IMG/VR virus record: IMGVR_UViG_3300043540_000321
Span: 96,001 to 160,000 of that record
Source: a virus
DNA length: 64,000 nucleotides
Direction: 5' to 3' (one strand)
Under the pieces are notes generated by a model. The model saw only the letters and a program-made list of their open reading frames with translations. It was not told the origin of the DNA and ran no database searches. Numbering within the stretch: position 1 is the first letter of the stretch; every line of letters starts with the position of its first letter. The translations under genes and the position numbers were made by a program. Shown piece by piece: positions 1 through 12,000 of this stretch.

Positions 1-1512
1 GGTAAGAGTTTGGACCTGGGTGCTCAGGGTTTGAACCTGACCTTGAGCCTCTGCTAGAGCCTGTTCGTAGGACTCTTTCAGCTCGGTGACCTGGGCTAGA
101 ATCTCTGCCTTTTCCGTTGCGGAGAGCGTCTGAGGAGTACCAGGAGCAGGAGCAGCAGCGGCCGGAGCGGGAGTAGTCGCAGCCGGCGCAGTTTCGGTAG
201 ACTGTGCCTGAGGCTCAGTCGCGGGCGGAGAAGATAAGAGTTCGTTTGCCATAGTTCTAGATGGGTCGGTTAAGGATAGGTCGTAGGTAAAAAACTGAGT
301 GTTTTCAGAAAGAGCCCTCACATGCGGTAGTCCAGTAAGGAAAGGTCGATTGGTCAACGCCATACCAATTAGAGTCGTGCCGATTGGTTGTCCGGTCTCT
401 TTGGACTTGTAGCCCCGGACGAATTCTCCGGAGGAGTAGCGGAACTTACCGGCCTTAACATCCATATAGGTCTGGTCGTCAACAACATCCCAGTACCCAT
501 AGAGGACATCGCCCTCTTGAGTCAGGCTGAGAAGATAACCCTCAGAAGGATGTCCCTCCAACGAAGAACTGTCGATAGGGTGTCCTTTGAACAGCGGAGG
601 CTCAAACCCCAGCGCCTTTGAAGAGAAGTTTTGGATAATCTCGTCAAAGTCTTTTTGTGTGAAGCTCAGGTTCCCGTATTTCGGATGAACCCAGCTACCC
701 AGTCGGGCAATAGGGATTTTCAACTGACGAGACTCAACCGTGGGGTCCAACTGAGCTGAAGGGTTGATACCTCCTGTCGTTCCTGTGTTGGTCGACGCAG
801 AAGGTAGTTGGTCAAGTTCGTCCAGAGGAAGATGGTCTTCCAGCGCGATCGGTTGAGTAACGGGCGCTTCTGCCAGCGCGTTTGACAATGCCTGTTTGGG
901 AGAGTTGTCCGAATACTCCATCGCTGCCCACTCGTTTATGTTAGGGCTGGACATCCCGGTATAAATGAAGTTGAGGTACTGCGCGAGGAGAATATCGTTT
1001 GAGCTGCTCTTATCATCTTGGCCGTTTGAGAGAACGACTTCAATTTCAAACTCTCCTTCTCGCGGGGGCGTACCGATTGCCTTCGTGGTAAAAGAGACCT
1101 TAGACGGGGGATGCTTGAGATCGCTTGCCTTGCCGTAGAGCCTTTTCATGAAGAGCTCTACATGGTAAAACCTGGTAAACGTGAAGACGGCTGACAGCCC
1201 ACTCTTAGATGATTGCCAAGGGCCGGCCACTTGGTCTACCGTTACGCCTGCTAGAATCTCTTTCAGCGGTAGAGAAATTAAGTCCTTCTCGGAGAACTTC
1301 TCGGACAAAGATTTCAAGAGTTCTGGCTTTAAGACCAGACTCAGAACAGACTCATTAAACAGTTGAGGTGCTACCGGAGCTCCTGGCTTGACCGGTAGTT
1401 CTGACTCGGTCGGTTGAGCAGGTTCAGATGCCGTCACCGGAGGGGGAGGAGTAATCGTCACCGCCGTCGACTGAGGATTTGCTAAGAGTTCGAGAACTGC
1501 CGTGTCTGACAT
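1..1512 (-). CDS. Mu gpI-like prohead protease fused in frame to a coiled-coil scaffold; 3' end lies outside the window
   Basis: Not in the ORF track because it has no stop in the window. Manual translation from ATG 1512 gives KIPIARLGSWVHPKYG...PLFKGHP...KFRYSSGEFVRGY...GTTLIGMALTNRPFL (Mu I protease pattern), continuing in frame through ATG 252 into Ala/Pro-rich and coiled-coil sequence. Confidence 0.8.
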   Translation of the reverse strand, partial: MSDTAVLELLANPQSTAVTITPPPPVTASEPAQPTESELPVKPGAPVAPQLFNESVLSLVLKPELLKSLSEKFSEKDLISLPLKEILAGVTVDQVAGPWQSSKSGLSAVFTFTRFYHVELFMKRLYGKASDLKHPPSKVSFTTKAIGTPPREGEFEIEVVLSNGQDDKSSSNDILLAQYLNFIYTGMSSPNINEWAAMEYSDNSPKQALSNALAEAPVTQPIALEDHLPLDELDQLPSASTNTGTTGGINPSAQLDPTVESRQLKIPIARLGSWVHPKYGNLSFTQKDFDEIIQNFSSKALGFEPPLFKGHPIDSSSLEGHPSEGYLLSLTQEGDVLYGYWDVVDDQTYMDVKAGKFRYSSGEFVRGYKSKETGQPIGTTLIGMALTNRPFLTGLPHVRALSENTQFFTYDLSLTDPSRTMANELLSSPPATEPQAQSTETAPAATTPAPAAAAPAPGTPQTLSATEKAEILAQVTELKESYEQALAEAQGQVQTLSTQVQTLT

Positions 1513-1612
1513 GGAATGCAGAGTGGGGTCATTGTCACTTAATTTTGAAAAAATTTGAGTTGTGGTGGTTGTGCAATATTTACATCCATTCGTACATGAA
1601 AAAAGGAGTCTT

Positions 1613-2281
1613 ATGTTGTATCCGCTCGCGAACTTGCTGGCGCAACATGACCTTCAAGGTAGGGCGGTCGTCACTGATTTGACCTACCTTGGGGGTGTTT
1701 TAAGGGGTAATGTGAAATTACTTGGCAGCGACCAGCTCAACAGCCCGCTTGGATCTCTCAGTCGAGAGCGAGTGTTTGAAGTCAAGTTGAGGCGAGGTCT
1801 TGAGGAGATTTACTCCAACGAAGTCCTCATTATGGAGATGATGGGCATCGACCCGACTCAATTGCCTGACAAAGACGGAATCGCATTCGGCAATTATCTC
1901 GTCCACGAGTTCGTAGACGAGCTAGATATAATCGGAGCTGCTTATGAAAACGAGTCTCTGACTTACTTCGTGAGCGGTACTCGCGTCAACTTCTCTATTA
2001 ACAGAACTACGGAAAGATGGCGTTGGATATTCGAGGGAGACCTGCTGCCGATAGAAGCACTGACCGTTGTAAGGTCTCTTCGGAAAGGCTACAAAGTGGT
2101 GGAGCAAAAAGGTCTAGGCATCAGCGTTATCACCCCATCTCGAATGGAGAGAACCACGACTCCTAGATGTCAGTGCCAAGACCGAATGAGGTTTCACATG
2201 TGCATCCATCAAATGCTGAGCGATGCCTACGTGAAGCATCGGAGGGAATTTATTAAAGCCGGAGTTGCCCAATTAATATAA
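1613..2281 (+). CDS. SWIM zinc-finger domain protein
   Basis: C-terminal CQCQD..FHMCIH fits the SWIM CxCxnCxH pattern; AAGGAG RBS before ATG 1613. Confidence 0.6.
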   Translation: MLYPLANLLAQHDLQGRAVVTDLTYLGGVLRGNVKLLGSDQLNSPLGSLSRERVFEVKLRRGLEEIYSNEVLIMEMMGIDPTQLPDKDGIAFGNYLVHEFVDELDIIGAAYENESLTYFVSGTRVNFSINRTTERWRWIFEGDLLPIEALTVVRSLRKGYKVVEQKGLGISVITPSRMERTTTPRCQCQDRMRFHMCIHQMLSDAYVKHRREFIKAGVAQLI

Positions 2282-2293
2282 GGAGAAAAGAAA

Positions 2294-2869
2294 ATGGGAT
2301 GTTTTGATTCTACGTGTGCGTTTACTCGAACAGCCGTTGGAAGTGGAGACGAGATACTTATCGTGGCTCTCGATCCAAAGTCTTACTGCTGTTCCGGAGG
2401 TGGATTTACGACTTATGATTTGTCGAATAATGCTGGTTACTACAAGCGGGTGAAGACCAGCGAGGATATGCCCAACCCGGTCAGCCCTTTCAGATTTCTG
2501 GGAATTGGACACTACAATTCCTACGGAACGATCGACGAGTTTGACAACGACGCTGGCCTCGAACAAGAAGAGAGAAGCTGGTGGGATTACCAATTCATTG
2601 TCCACAGAGAGGTGGCTGAAGGTCTGCTCAACAAGAAGTTAGACCCAAACAATCTGGAAGATGATGTCATTAGGTTGATTGAGATAGCTTACTTGGCTCG
2701 CGTCCAACTTCATGGAAACGACCTTCTAGGCGTTCAGCACGCCGATAAGGCAGAAAGAGTTCTACAACTTAAGCTGCTCGGGTTGGCTACAACAATCCTG
2801 GAGCGAGAGTTAGAAATGCTAGAGGATGATGAAGAGGATGATGACGATTGGTACGACGATGAAGATTAA
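2294..2869 (+). CDS. hypothetical protein with acidic C-terminus
   Basis: 191-aa ORF, AAGGAG RBS, D/E-rich tail. Confidence 0.7.
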   Translation: MGCFDSTCAFTRTAVGSGDEILIVALDPKSYCCSGGGFTTYDLSNNAGYYKRVKTSEDMPNPVSPFRFLGIGHYNSYGTIDEFDNDAGLEQEERSWWDYQFIVHREVAEGLLNKKLDPNNLEDDVIRLIEIAYLARVQLHGNDLLGVQHADKAERVLQLKLLGLATTILERELEMLEDDEEDDDDWYDDED

Positions 2870-4431
2870 AGTGAAGTTGGATTAGGGTCCGTGTTCTGAT
2901 CTGCTGACTTATTCTTAGGAGCAGAGGTTCCTATAGGACGGCCAGCTCCGACTCCCTGACCTTTCACACTCCCTCTCTTCGTGCCGCCGGATTTCTTCTT
3001 AGAACTCGAGGCGGCGGGTGCAGGGGCGGGTGGTGGCATTTTAGGAACAATGAGCATTTTGTTCACAAAGTCACGATCCGCTGGCTCTTGCGGGCGGATG
3101 GGGGAGTCTACCATCTCACGGACCATCTTCCAGTCATCTGGGTTCATTGGGTTAAAGTAACCTCGGTCGGTCAATCCGCTAATCATCTGCATCAACGCGA
3201 CTCGATCTTCGGGTCGCGTTGTTTGTCTAATGTCCATGCGGGGGCAGATGCCCGCAGAGTCGCGCCCCCGAAACGCATCTTTAATCAACCGATGGAAAGT
3301 CTGGGAGAGGATGGGTCGGATGTACTCTGCGTGGATACTGGTCAGGATGCGATTGAACAACTCCATCTGACGCTGGGTCATCTTACCGTCAGAGCGAGGG
3401 TCGTTTGAGACCAGACCGTAAGGAACGAGCAGCGCCCGCGCAATCTCCTGGTTGCACAGCTCCATCGCATCAATATACATCGACCCGACATTATTTCCCG
3501 AGGTCACAATATCGACCTTTGGAATCATATGCGGGTCAACCTGGGGCAGCAGCAGAACGTTGCCGCCTCCAGTAAAAGCTTCGTTCGTAAGTTGTCGTTC
3601 GATCAACTCTTGCGTTGTCAGGTTGCGTTCCTGCCCTGTTTCAGGGTCTATCTCAACCTGACCTGTGGTATAGACCGGGTAAGTGATCGCAATGATAGGA
3701 TTTCCGTAGCGGTCGAGGGCAACCGAGTACATGTCTGCGAACGCCTCTTTATAAAGGCACCACCGGTAGGCAGACTCTATGAGAGGTACTCCGTAGTAAT
3801 TTCCATATGCCTCGTTTCTAACTAGGTGACAGACTTTCCAGAGAGGGAGCCTAACCTCACCCGCAACCTCCGGGTTTACCCCTGTCTGCCAGATGCCTGA
3901 TTGCAGACCTGTCCAGGAGGGCTCGCCATCCGTTAACCTACCCCGTCGATTGGTCCGCACCAAGATAGAAGCGGGATGGTAAGTGATGAAGTCGCTGATC
4001 CAGAGCTTCCCTTCATCGTCGACATCAAACAGCATTTCGGTTGTGCTGAAACCTGCCCACATGACATCGAAGATCATGCGGAAAAATCGAGAGTACAGAA
4101 AACTGAACCGAAAGAGCTTGTCTTCGGCGTTAAACCCACCCAGTCGTTCGATGTTCTGACGAAGGTACTGCTCAATCTCCGGATCGGGATGGGTAATCTG
4201 CCCCAACGAGGCGAGTAGAGTGTCGATCAAAACAAACAGGCAATAGCTAACCGTGCTGTCTGTCTGTGCGATCGTATGAAACTCTCGCAGTCGCTCAAAA
4301 TGTCGAGGTCTCAGCCAACCCCCGGAGTACCCGATCGCGTAAGCACCGAACTGCTTCATCCGACCGCGTGGGCGCTCGTTTTTATTAAACTTGACGTGAG
4401 CAAGGTTGATTGGAGTTTCCGGCCAGTACAT
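2866..4431 (-). CDS. portal protein (Mu gp29/DUF935-like)
   Basis: 521 aa; YYGVPLIESAYRWCLYKEAFADMYSVALDRYGNPIIAITYP resembles the DUF935 portal core; near the Mu I-like protease. Confidence 0.75.
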   Translation of the reverse strand: MYWPETPINLAHVKFNKNERPRGRMKQFGAYAIGYSGGWLRPRHFERLREFHTIAQTDSTVSYCLFVLIDTLLASLGQITHPDPEIEQYLRQNIERLGGFNAEDKLFRFSFLYSRFFRMIFDVMWAGFSTTEMLFDVDDEGKLWISDFITYHPASILVRTNRRGRLTDGEPSWTGLQSGIWQTGVNPEVAGEVRLPLWKVCHLVRNEAYGNYYGVPLIESAYRWCLYKEAFADMYSVALDRYGNPIIAITYPVYTTGQVEIDPETGQERNLTTQELIERQLTNEAFTGGGNVLLLPQVDPHMIPKVDIVTSGNNVGSMYIDAMELCNQEIARALLVPYGLVSNDPRSDGKMTQRQMELFNRILTSIHAEYIRPILSQTFHRLIKDAFRGRDSAGICPRMDIRQTTRPEDRVALMQMISGLTDRGYFNPMNPDDWKMVREMVDSPIRPQEPADRDFVNKMLIVPKMPPPAPAPAASSSKKKSGGTKRGSVKGQGVGAGRPIGTSAPKNKSADQNTDPNPTSL

Positions 4432-4437
4432 TTACTT

Positions 4438-4953
4438 TTAACTTAGAAAACGATTAATTGTGGAACCGACTTGATTCGGGAATTTAAGTTTGGATGACTC
4501 CTCTGCCATTAGTCGTTCGAGCTTCTCCTCTTGCTGTTTGTGAGAATTATTCCGCTGGCGAGCTATCTCTTCTACCTCTAGAGCGATCGCCCTTCGGGTC
4601 AGGTCTGTTAACTCCAGCCAGGTGTCCCATGAAATGGAGACAAACTGATTGATGCTGACCCAGGCTCCAATCTCGTATTTCTTCGCCAAAGTCTTAGCGG
4701 CATCGTCTCTGGCGTAGATGAAATTGGCGAACTGCTTTTCACTCTCAAACTCATTCCCCCGGGGAAACTTAGGGATAGGGGCGCTGAAAACTCGGTTCAA
4801 CGATTGGTAGTAATCTGGTATGCCAAACCCATACCGACGCATGGGGACATTTTGAGTAATCAGGTAGTCGGGGTGGGTTCCGAGGACTTCGATTTGCTGC
4901 TGGATTTTGACGTAGGCCTGGAGTCTTTCACACTGGCCCAAAGAGACTTTCCC
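4438..4953 (-). CDS. tail assembly chaperone, frameshift (T) extension
   Basis: Lies in the -1 frame relative to 4860..5615 and opens two codons before GGGAAAG; it lacks an ATG start there (track uses TTG). Confidence 0.65.
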   Translation of the reverse strand, partial: GKVSLGQCERLQAYVKIQQQIEVLGTHPDYLITQNVPMRRYGFGIPDYYQSLNRVFSAPIPKFPRGNEFESEKQFANFIYARDDAAKTLAKKYEIGAWVSINQFVSISWDTWLELTDLTRRAIALEVEEIARQRNNSHKQQEEKLERLMAEESSKLKFPNQVGSTINRFLS

Positions 4954-5615
4954 AGGTCAACAACGTTCTTGGCGTCGGTATCGTCGAGAGTGACTGTATT
5001 AATAAAAACGGTCAGAGCATACTGAACGTCCAAAAACCGCCACTTAGATATAGTAGAAATCAGATCTCGAGTGGTCTGAACCGGAGCTCCATCAACAGCG
5101 GCAAGGCTGCCGGCAAACAGCAGCTCATCTAGGTAGTATCCGCAGTCGGAATTATTGCCGGGGTAGACCTTCTCCAACCGAATGCGATCGCCCAAGGTTG
5201 GATTACGGAAAGTGATGGAGTGACTACCAGAAGGCGTATCTGCCGCCGGAATGGTGTAGCTCTGAGAAATGGCGAGCTTAAATTGCATTCCGGTTTGACG
5301 CGCCTGATCGCCCATCTCCTTCTGGAGATAGAACATGCTGGTAAAGACGCCAAGTAGAAACTGGGCATCTAGGTGTTGCATATCTCTGTAGTATCCCATT
5401 GGATCTCGAGGAACTACATTCAATGGATTCCCGTTGATAGCCGTGAGGCACAGGGATAGAAGCAATTCTTGAACGGTGCCATTCTTCTCATCTGTACCAG
5501 CCGCTCGGAGAGCGGCGATTCGGTCCTCGAACAGAGGCTCTCTGAAGCTAACGGAAAAACTCTTCGAGGGAATTTGCTCGGCTTCAATTGTAAAAACAGG
5601 CGGCGTAACAGACAT
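4860..5615 (-). CDS. tail assembly chaperone (gpG-like)
   Basis: 251 aa with two internally similar halves (FREPLFEDRI.../FRNPTLGDRI...); slippery heptamer near the 3' end. Confidence 0.6.
   Translation of the reverse strand: MSVTPPVFTIEAEQIPSKSFSVSFREPLFEDRIAALRAAGTDEKNGTVQELLLSLCLTAINGNPLNVVPRDPMGYYRDMQHLDAQFLLGVFTSMFYLQKEMGDQARQTGMQFKLAISQSYTIPAADTPSGSHSITFRNPTLGDRIRLEKVYPGNNSDCGYYLDELLFAGSLAAVDGAPVQTTRDLISTISKWRFLDVQYALTVFINTVTLDDTDAKNVVDLGKSLWASVKDSRPTSKSSSKSKSSEPTPTT
4947..4953 (-). other. programmed -1 ribosomal frameshift site G GGA AAG
   Basis: Minus strand reads CTG GGA AAG TCT. Same heptamer and phase as the lambda G/GT site; TGA in the -1 frame just upstream. Confidence 0.75.
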
Positions 5616-5708
5616 ATTTCTTCGTCGTATATCAGTGACTCCAGTCTTACGTCCAAAGAACGCTTAAAAGTATGCGGTGTGACAGTCCGATAAAAGGAGA
5701 AAAGAACG

Positions 5709-6014
5709 ATGACTATGTATTGTGACCTAGAAATTTATTGGGAAGGGTCTGTAATAGCCCTATTAGACGGAGAAACAGACTTCGTCGAACCCTTTATTAA
5801 AACAGTTCGAGAGATTACGTCGGCTAAGATTGACTGGCACCGCTTCGAAGGAATAGCCCGCGTTCTTTGCCTGGTCGATTCTAAGGAAGAGTGGGACACA
5901 GTCTTCAAAACACTTCTATCCGAATACGATAAGCTGCCTGATAGTCAGAAAGACTTGGTCGACAAAGAGTTAAGGATAATGCGAACACATCCCAATTACC
6001 CAGAAGTCGATTAG
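5709..6014 (+). CDS. hypothetical protein
   Basis: 101-aa ORF with AAGGAG RBS. Confidence 0.65.
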   Translation: MTMYCDLEIYWEGSVIALLDGETDFVEPFIKTVREITSAKIDWHRFEGIARVLCLVDSKEEWDTVFKTLLSEYDKLPDSQKDLVDKELRIMRTHPNYPEVD

Positions 6015-9000
6015 CTGTAGCTATCTGAGACCGTTCCCATCAGTTCAGCTCTGCGGCTCGCAGTATCCTCAAACTCAGTTGCAATGGGAGTACTCTCGTC
6101 ATTAATGACGACTAGGCCTCCCATAATGTCCTGCTCAAGCTGTGTAGGAATGGCCGAGATATCAAAGTCGATCCGTTGGTTATCGTCCGTGTCAAGGACT
6201 TCATACTCCTGCTGTTGACTAAAAATATCTCTCAACTCCATCTCAGTTCGGTCGACCTGCTCGCCCGCCTCCTCTAGCAAATCCCCGACTCGGTCTGGGA
6301 TATACTCTCCAATCAGCGTTCTCTGCTGAGTAGCCCCTCTAGCGATCGACAAAGACGCAATCGTACTGAGAACTTCTGCCCCAACCGTAAGTAGAGCGGA
6401 CTTCCCGGACGGGGTCTCGTGTGTGCGACCGCTAAGTTTATCGACAAGGGCGTGAGAGACCGCGTTGATTCCGGCGAACATCGTCTCCTGAGTAAACCCT
6501 TGAACCGCACCCAGCATAAACCCTTCTGTTGCCATTGAGTTCTTGATGCGAGAGAGGGAGAATGCCACAGCAGCATCCTGAGAGTGTCCAGATAGCTGAG
6601 CGGTGGCCGTATCTTTCTGACTGCTCAACATCGCTACAGCCTGAAGGGTATCGAACCCGAACTGCCACATCCGATCGTCGAACTTAGCCCCAGCTCCAGC
6701 CGCCGCCAGCAGAAGGGGCGCGGTAAATGCCCCAAACATACTGGCATGTCGTTCGGACTTCTCCATCGCTCGAAGGTTCTCCACCGGAGTCTTTCGATCG
6801 AGAGGCGCGGCTGAAAGTTCAGTCAACTTCTCCTGAACATTTCGAAGAACCTGGTTTGCTTCAGGAGTCGTTCGGACAACCCCCATCTGCTGCACCTTGT
6901 CAAAGTTGATCTCCCCATGCTCATAGATGCCCGCCAACTGTCTTCGCATAGACTCGGCATAGCGTATCGAGTTCTCATCCTGCTCATGTAAACTCCCAAG
7001 GCTCTCTAGCTGGTCGAAGAGACCGTAGACCCCCTGAGAAATAGCTCCGGATGTTTTCTGGAGAACAGCAAGAGGGGTACGACCACCTGGAGACGTGAGC
7101 ATCGCTTCTGTCAAGATGGCCTGCTCCCCACGACTTAACCCAGGGAGTCCAACTCCCATCAGTTGAGCCGCTCGCTGTTGGTTAGTGGGTGACATGGCCG
7201 ATAACTGGTCGTAACCCCTCAGTCCCTGAAACTCAGCCAACTTGTAGTAGGCCATATAGAGGGCATCGGAGGGCATCAGTTGTTGCCCTCGCTGCAACAT
7301 TCGGATGTAAGCGTTGTAGGTATCGATGTTGGCCCCTATCATTCGTTCGGTAATGTCACCTGACCCAAACCGAACTCTGGAGGTCGCTTGGAAACTCTCT
7401 CGCAAGCCTTTAATCTGATCTACGGAGAGAACACCGAACTCTTTATTTCGATGCTGAATTTTAAGGAGAGTGGACTCTTGCACCAAGCGCTCGTTTAGCT
7501 GCCCCAGGTCAGAAGTCGCAGACCGCTGCTGCTCATACTCGGAGACCAGGTCATAATACTGACGGTCTATGCCAGACAGTTTATTGCTGTCAGCCTCCGC
7601 GTGAAAGTCTCTCAACTGGTCAACATAGAATTGCTTAAAGTCAGATGAGAGAGTGGAGCTGATAAAGGCGGCCTGCGATCGCTCGAGTAAACCCTGGATC
7701 TGAAGTGCTGCGAAGTCTGCGACATTAGAAGCTCGACGCGACAACCTTGCTCGACGATACTCTTTCTCCAGCCCAGGCTGTTCCACGAACCGTTTGTGCA
7801 GGTCGGTCTCGTCATCCGACATGGCGAACTCAGCCAACCGAAGCAGGGCACCGAAACCCGTTATCCCCGGATCGTGAACCTGACCTTCTCTTAAACGAGC
7901 GGCTGTTCCTTCCAATCCAGGTGGCGTTGAGATGTCTGGACCCAGTCGAGTCGAGACGACCTTCTTAATTAGGTCTATGCGGTCGCGGTCGGTCTCCGCC
8001 TCTTCGATGAGTTGAGATAGGGGTTTGCCATTGGCATCTGCCTGGCGGAGAATGCCGATCAAACCTTTCTCCGATTTCTCCTTCAAGGCATCTCGAATGA
8101 GCTGCTGCATCGTACCGAGAGTCCCAACGGTACCACTGTAATTCTCCAGCAACATTCCTCGGAGTGAGGACGTGTTATCCATCAATTTCTCTCGAAGTCC
8201 GCGGATCTCCTTCCGACGACGAACGTCTCCTTCTCGCTGCTGCATAGCCAGAAGGTTAGTGTCCAACGTTTGCTTGAATGATTCTGCTCCCGTTGTTTGC
8301 AAGCCAGCCGAGATAGACTGACCCATGATCGCCCTGTCTAACAGGGGAATTAATACGTTGTAGGTCTTTCCAATCAGCTCGGTACCGGCCTGCCCGATAG
8401 TTGCTTGTAACCCCTCCATCTCAAAAGGATTAACAATTGTACCGGCTGCCTTCTTCAGACTTTTATTAATTTGCTCAACGCCCATCGCCACGTTCGCCTG
8501 AAATGCAAAGTAGTCTCTGGACTTACTCAAAAATCCCTCGAGAGTGTCACTTCTAGAATGTGTAGTCAGGGCAGACCACTGACTGCGAATGTCTTCAGGC
8601 AATTGACTGAAGCGGGCGTCTTTCTCCAACCCAGACAACTCTGGCGAGAAGGGAACGCCTCCTTGTAGAGGGTCAAAGAACTTCTGTAGAGCTGCGAGTC
8701 TTTCCTCCGTTTTATGAAGATGTGAGCGGGCATCCTCTATCTGAGGCATTGTGCCGGAAAGCTGCTGAACCATTGCCATCAACGTTCCAGTTGAGACCTT
8801 CTGCTCGTTATTGATGATGAAGTCTGGAAAGGCTACATAGCTGCCAACCCACTTCCGTACGTCTTTCAGAGCGCGAGATGGTGTTCGATCAAGATGAAGA
8901 CTATTTTTATTAACCTCTTCGATACCTTCTGTCAGTTGTTGATAGTGCGTCTCAAGCTCGCCTCTCAGGATTTCAGCCTGTTCGCTAAGAGAGCTCATCT

Positions 9001-12000
9001 TATATAGATGCCCGGCGTCATCGATATCAATATCGAGGTGACGATCAACTTCCGCTTCTATTCGTGTTAGTTGCCGGGTCTTGCGGGCAATATCTTTCTG
9101 AATCCCATGAAGCTCAGCCGCCCGCTTCGTTGTGTTGGTCAGCAAGAATTGGTAGGCGTCCCCATCATAGTCACCAAGCATTGAAAGCAGTCGACCGACC
9201 GCCGGAGCCGCCATCATAGTTCGAGACCGCTCTGTGTTGGGTATCAGCCCACCTCCGGCCTGTCGTACTCTGTCCTGGATAGTCGAAAGGTCTACGGCGT
9301 TATAGACATTCGTTTCGTTTGTCAGTCCGGCTGACCCCGCCGGAGCACCCCCTCTTCGAACGGCCCCTTTCGAAAGGGCCAGCACGTTAGACAGCTCGGA
9401 AGTCCTGCTGTTTAATAAATCCTGTACCCGCGCCTGCGGCAGGTTAGTCATCGCACTGATAGTTGCCGCCTTAAGGTCTAGAACCTGTGTGGCAGATAAC
9501 TTTCTCTCTCGAATGCTCTGCTGGGCACTTTCAAACATCAAATCGAGAGAGTGCCGAGACATGATGCCCGATTTGTCGTCTAGCTCCGGTCCTTTTAACC
9601 CGATCGAGTTAATCAACTTCCGGGTGACTTCCAACATTCGAGCCCCGTGCTCCGGCGATCGCAGGGAACTCTGCTCGATCAGGTTGAACTGAGCGCTGAG
9701 CATCTGCCCAAAGTTCCGATCTTCAACCAAGGCGTGGAACCTCTTGCCCAGTCCCACCTCATCTGGATCCAGGGCAAAAGAACCGACGGCGATGCCAACC
9801 GCACCTTCGAAAGTTTGGCGGTCGCCCATCGCCTTACGAACAAAGTCTGTCCCCAACAAATGGACCAGACCTAAACGACTATTTTCTAAACTATCCTGGA
9901 AGGTCTCTAACTTCCTCTTCTCTGCCTCACTAATGATGGCCCCGGGCTGCATGAGTCGTCCGCGCAATTCCTCTGTCTCAACCAATTGGCGGCGAACGTC
10001 AACTTGGTGGCGCAAACCTTCATCGATATATTGCGGGAAGATGAAGCTGATAGACCGGAGGATGTCCGTTCCCATCAACACACCAAGAGATGGTTTATAG
10101 CGCTGGGGGTCTAAAAGTGAAACGCGATAGCGCCCATCATTTGTAGATTCAAGTGAGAATTTAGGCAGAACAATCTGCTTCGTTGTTCTTACCTCAGATA
10201 GGAGTGCTCTGACCTGTCCATCCCAGGGAACTTTCTCCTGCCTCTCAGATAACTCTGTTTCAAGATGCAGGGCTCCTTCAACGAACTGTTTATAAAGATT
10301 GGTATTTAGGTTTTCTCTAATCGCATTAGCCTGGCGATCGCTAAGCTCCTTCAACCGAGATTGGACCTTACGCCGGATGACTTCATCATCCGAACTCAAG
10401 GGGACACCCACCAGGCGATGACTTCCCTGACTTAATTCGCTAATGACTTTGTAGTGACGCTCAAGCTCTGAGATCGCCCGCCCGCCCTGACCAGACTCAA
10501 CAAAATCTTGGAAGGAGACGGATTCCTCACCGGTAGCTCGTCGGACTCTTCGATCGGCGACAAAACGAGAGTAGGAGTCTGAGACTAACTTTGTGACTAT
10601 CTCCATCGGTGAGAGGCGGCGGTCACCGTCTTTTGCGTACGTCTCACTTAGATGGAGTTGTTTCATTAAGCGCTTCGTCTGCAGCCGGCCCGCCGGGGAG
10701 TCTTGGTCGGAAAAATAAGGTACTCCGTAAGTCCGACTTAAGGTAACGCCCCGTTCTTCAAGGTGGGTCTGCCCTTCCCCGGCAAAGGTCGTAGCTATCT
10801 GCTGCAAATTAATAAATCTTAGGAGGTATCCTCGCTCAGTACCTGGGCGCGTACCAACGCCTCGAATGGCGTCGTTGAGCAGACCCATCTTGTAGCCGAG
10901 AGATGTGTACCCCAGAAGGAATCGTTGAGTATCTAGATGGAATCGACTGGTAAATCCAGGTTCATCTGATGGGAGCGCGAGGCGATACTCCATCGCGGCG
11001 TTTGGGTCTTGCAGTCCGAGAGTCAACGACCCTGACAATACGGCAAATGCTTTATGTACTTGCTGTGCTCCGTCTCCAGCGATCGGCTTGAAGGCTCGCA
11101 GATAGGCTGAACTCAATCCAGTCAGGTATTGATACTCCAGGGCAACTTCGTCTTTGCTGCCCGCAGGAACGAGCGACCTGGAGACAGACATGTCTCGAAG
11201 GTCTTGAATGATGAAATCGTTCTTGATGTGAGCTTGTAAAAGCTCCATCGTCGACTTGACTTTGTGCCGGGGGTCGTCTGGTTTAAGCGACAGGTTTGCG
11301 TTCGCGGCGACCGCGTCCACCATATTGCGATAACCCGGATCGGTGTAGTACCGGTCTATGTCAGATAGATCTTGCTCAAATAAGGTGCCGACACTGGCTC
11401 CTGGAGCCGTAGACCGTCCAAAGATTTGTTTCGATATAAAGGCGGTGTGTGCCAACAGCCCAGCCCCTCGAACGATGAGACTTCCTTCGTTCAGCCCCAC
11501 CCGACCCTGACTGAATCGAATAGAGTGAGCTGGGTCAGAAACAGCCGCCGTAATGAGTTTGCCTGCTTGACGTTTCAGGTGCTTAGAAGCACCTTCATCT
11601 CCCCTCAATGCTTTAATGACAGTCTGCTTCAGGCTAGATAAACTGCCGGTTTGGACATCTTTATCCGCGTTCACACCATCGGCGAGTAGGGTTAGCCCCA
11701 AGGCAACTTTCCCTAAGGTGGATGCCGGACGTCCCTCGTCATCTACTTTGGCAAAGTCGGTGCCCTGAACCATTGCGATCGCATGAGCAACAAACTCTAA
11801 GTTCGACCGTTTCAAATTTCTCTGTAGCTCAGTCTTGACCGTTTCATCCCCCAGAAAAAGAAGGGATAAAGACCGAGCCAGTTCTTGACCCGGAAGACTT
11901 TGTAACGCTTCCCGACTCGATCGCTGACTCAGAAGGTAGATGCCTGACTCATAGTTGAATCCCTTAAAGTGAGAGAACCCAAACAACCCGTAGACCTTTT

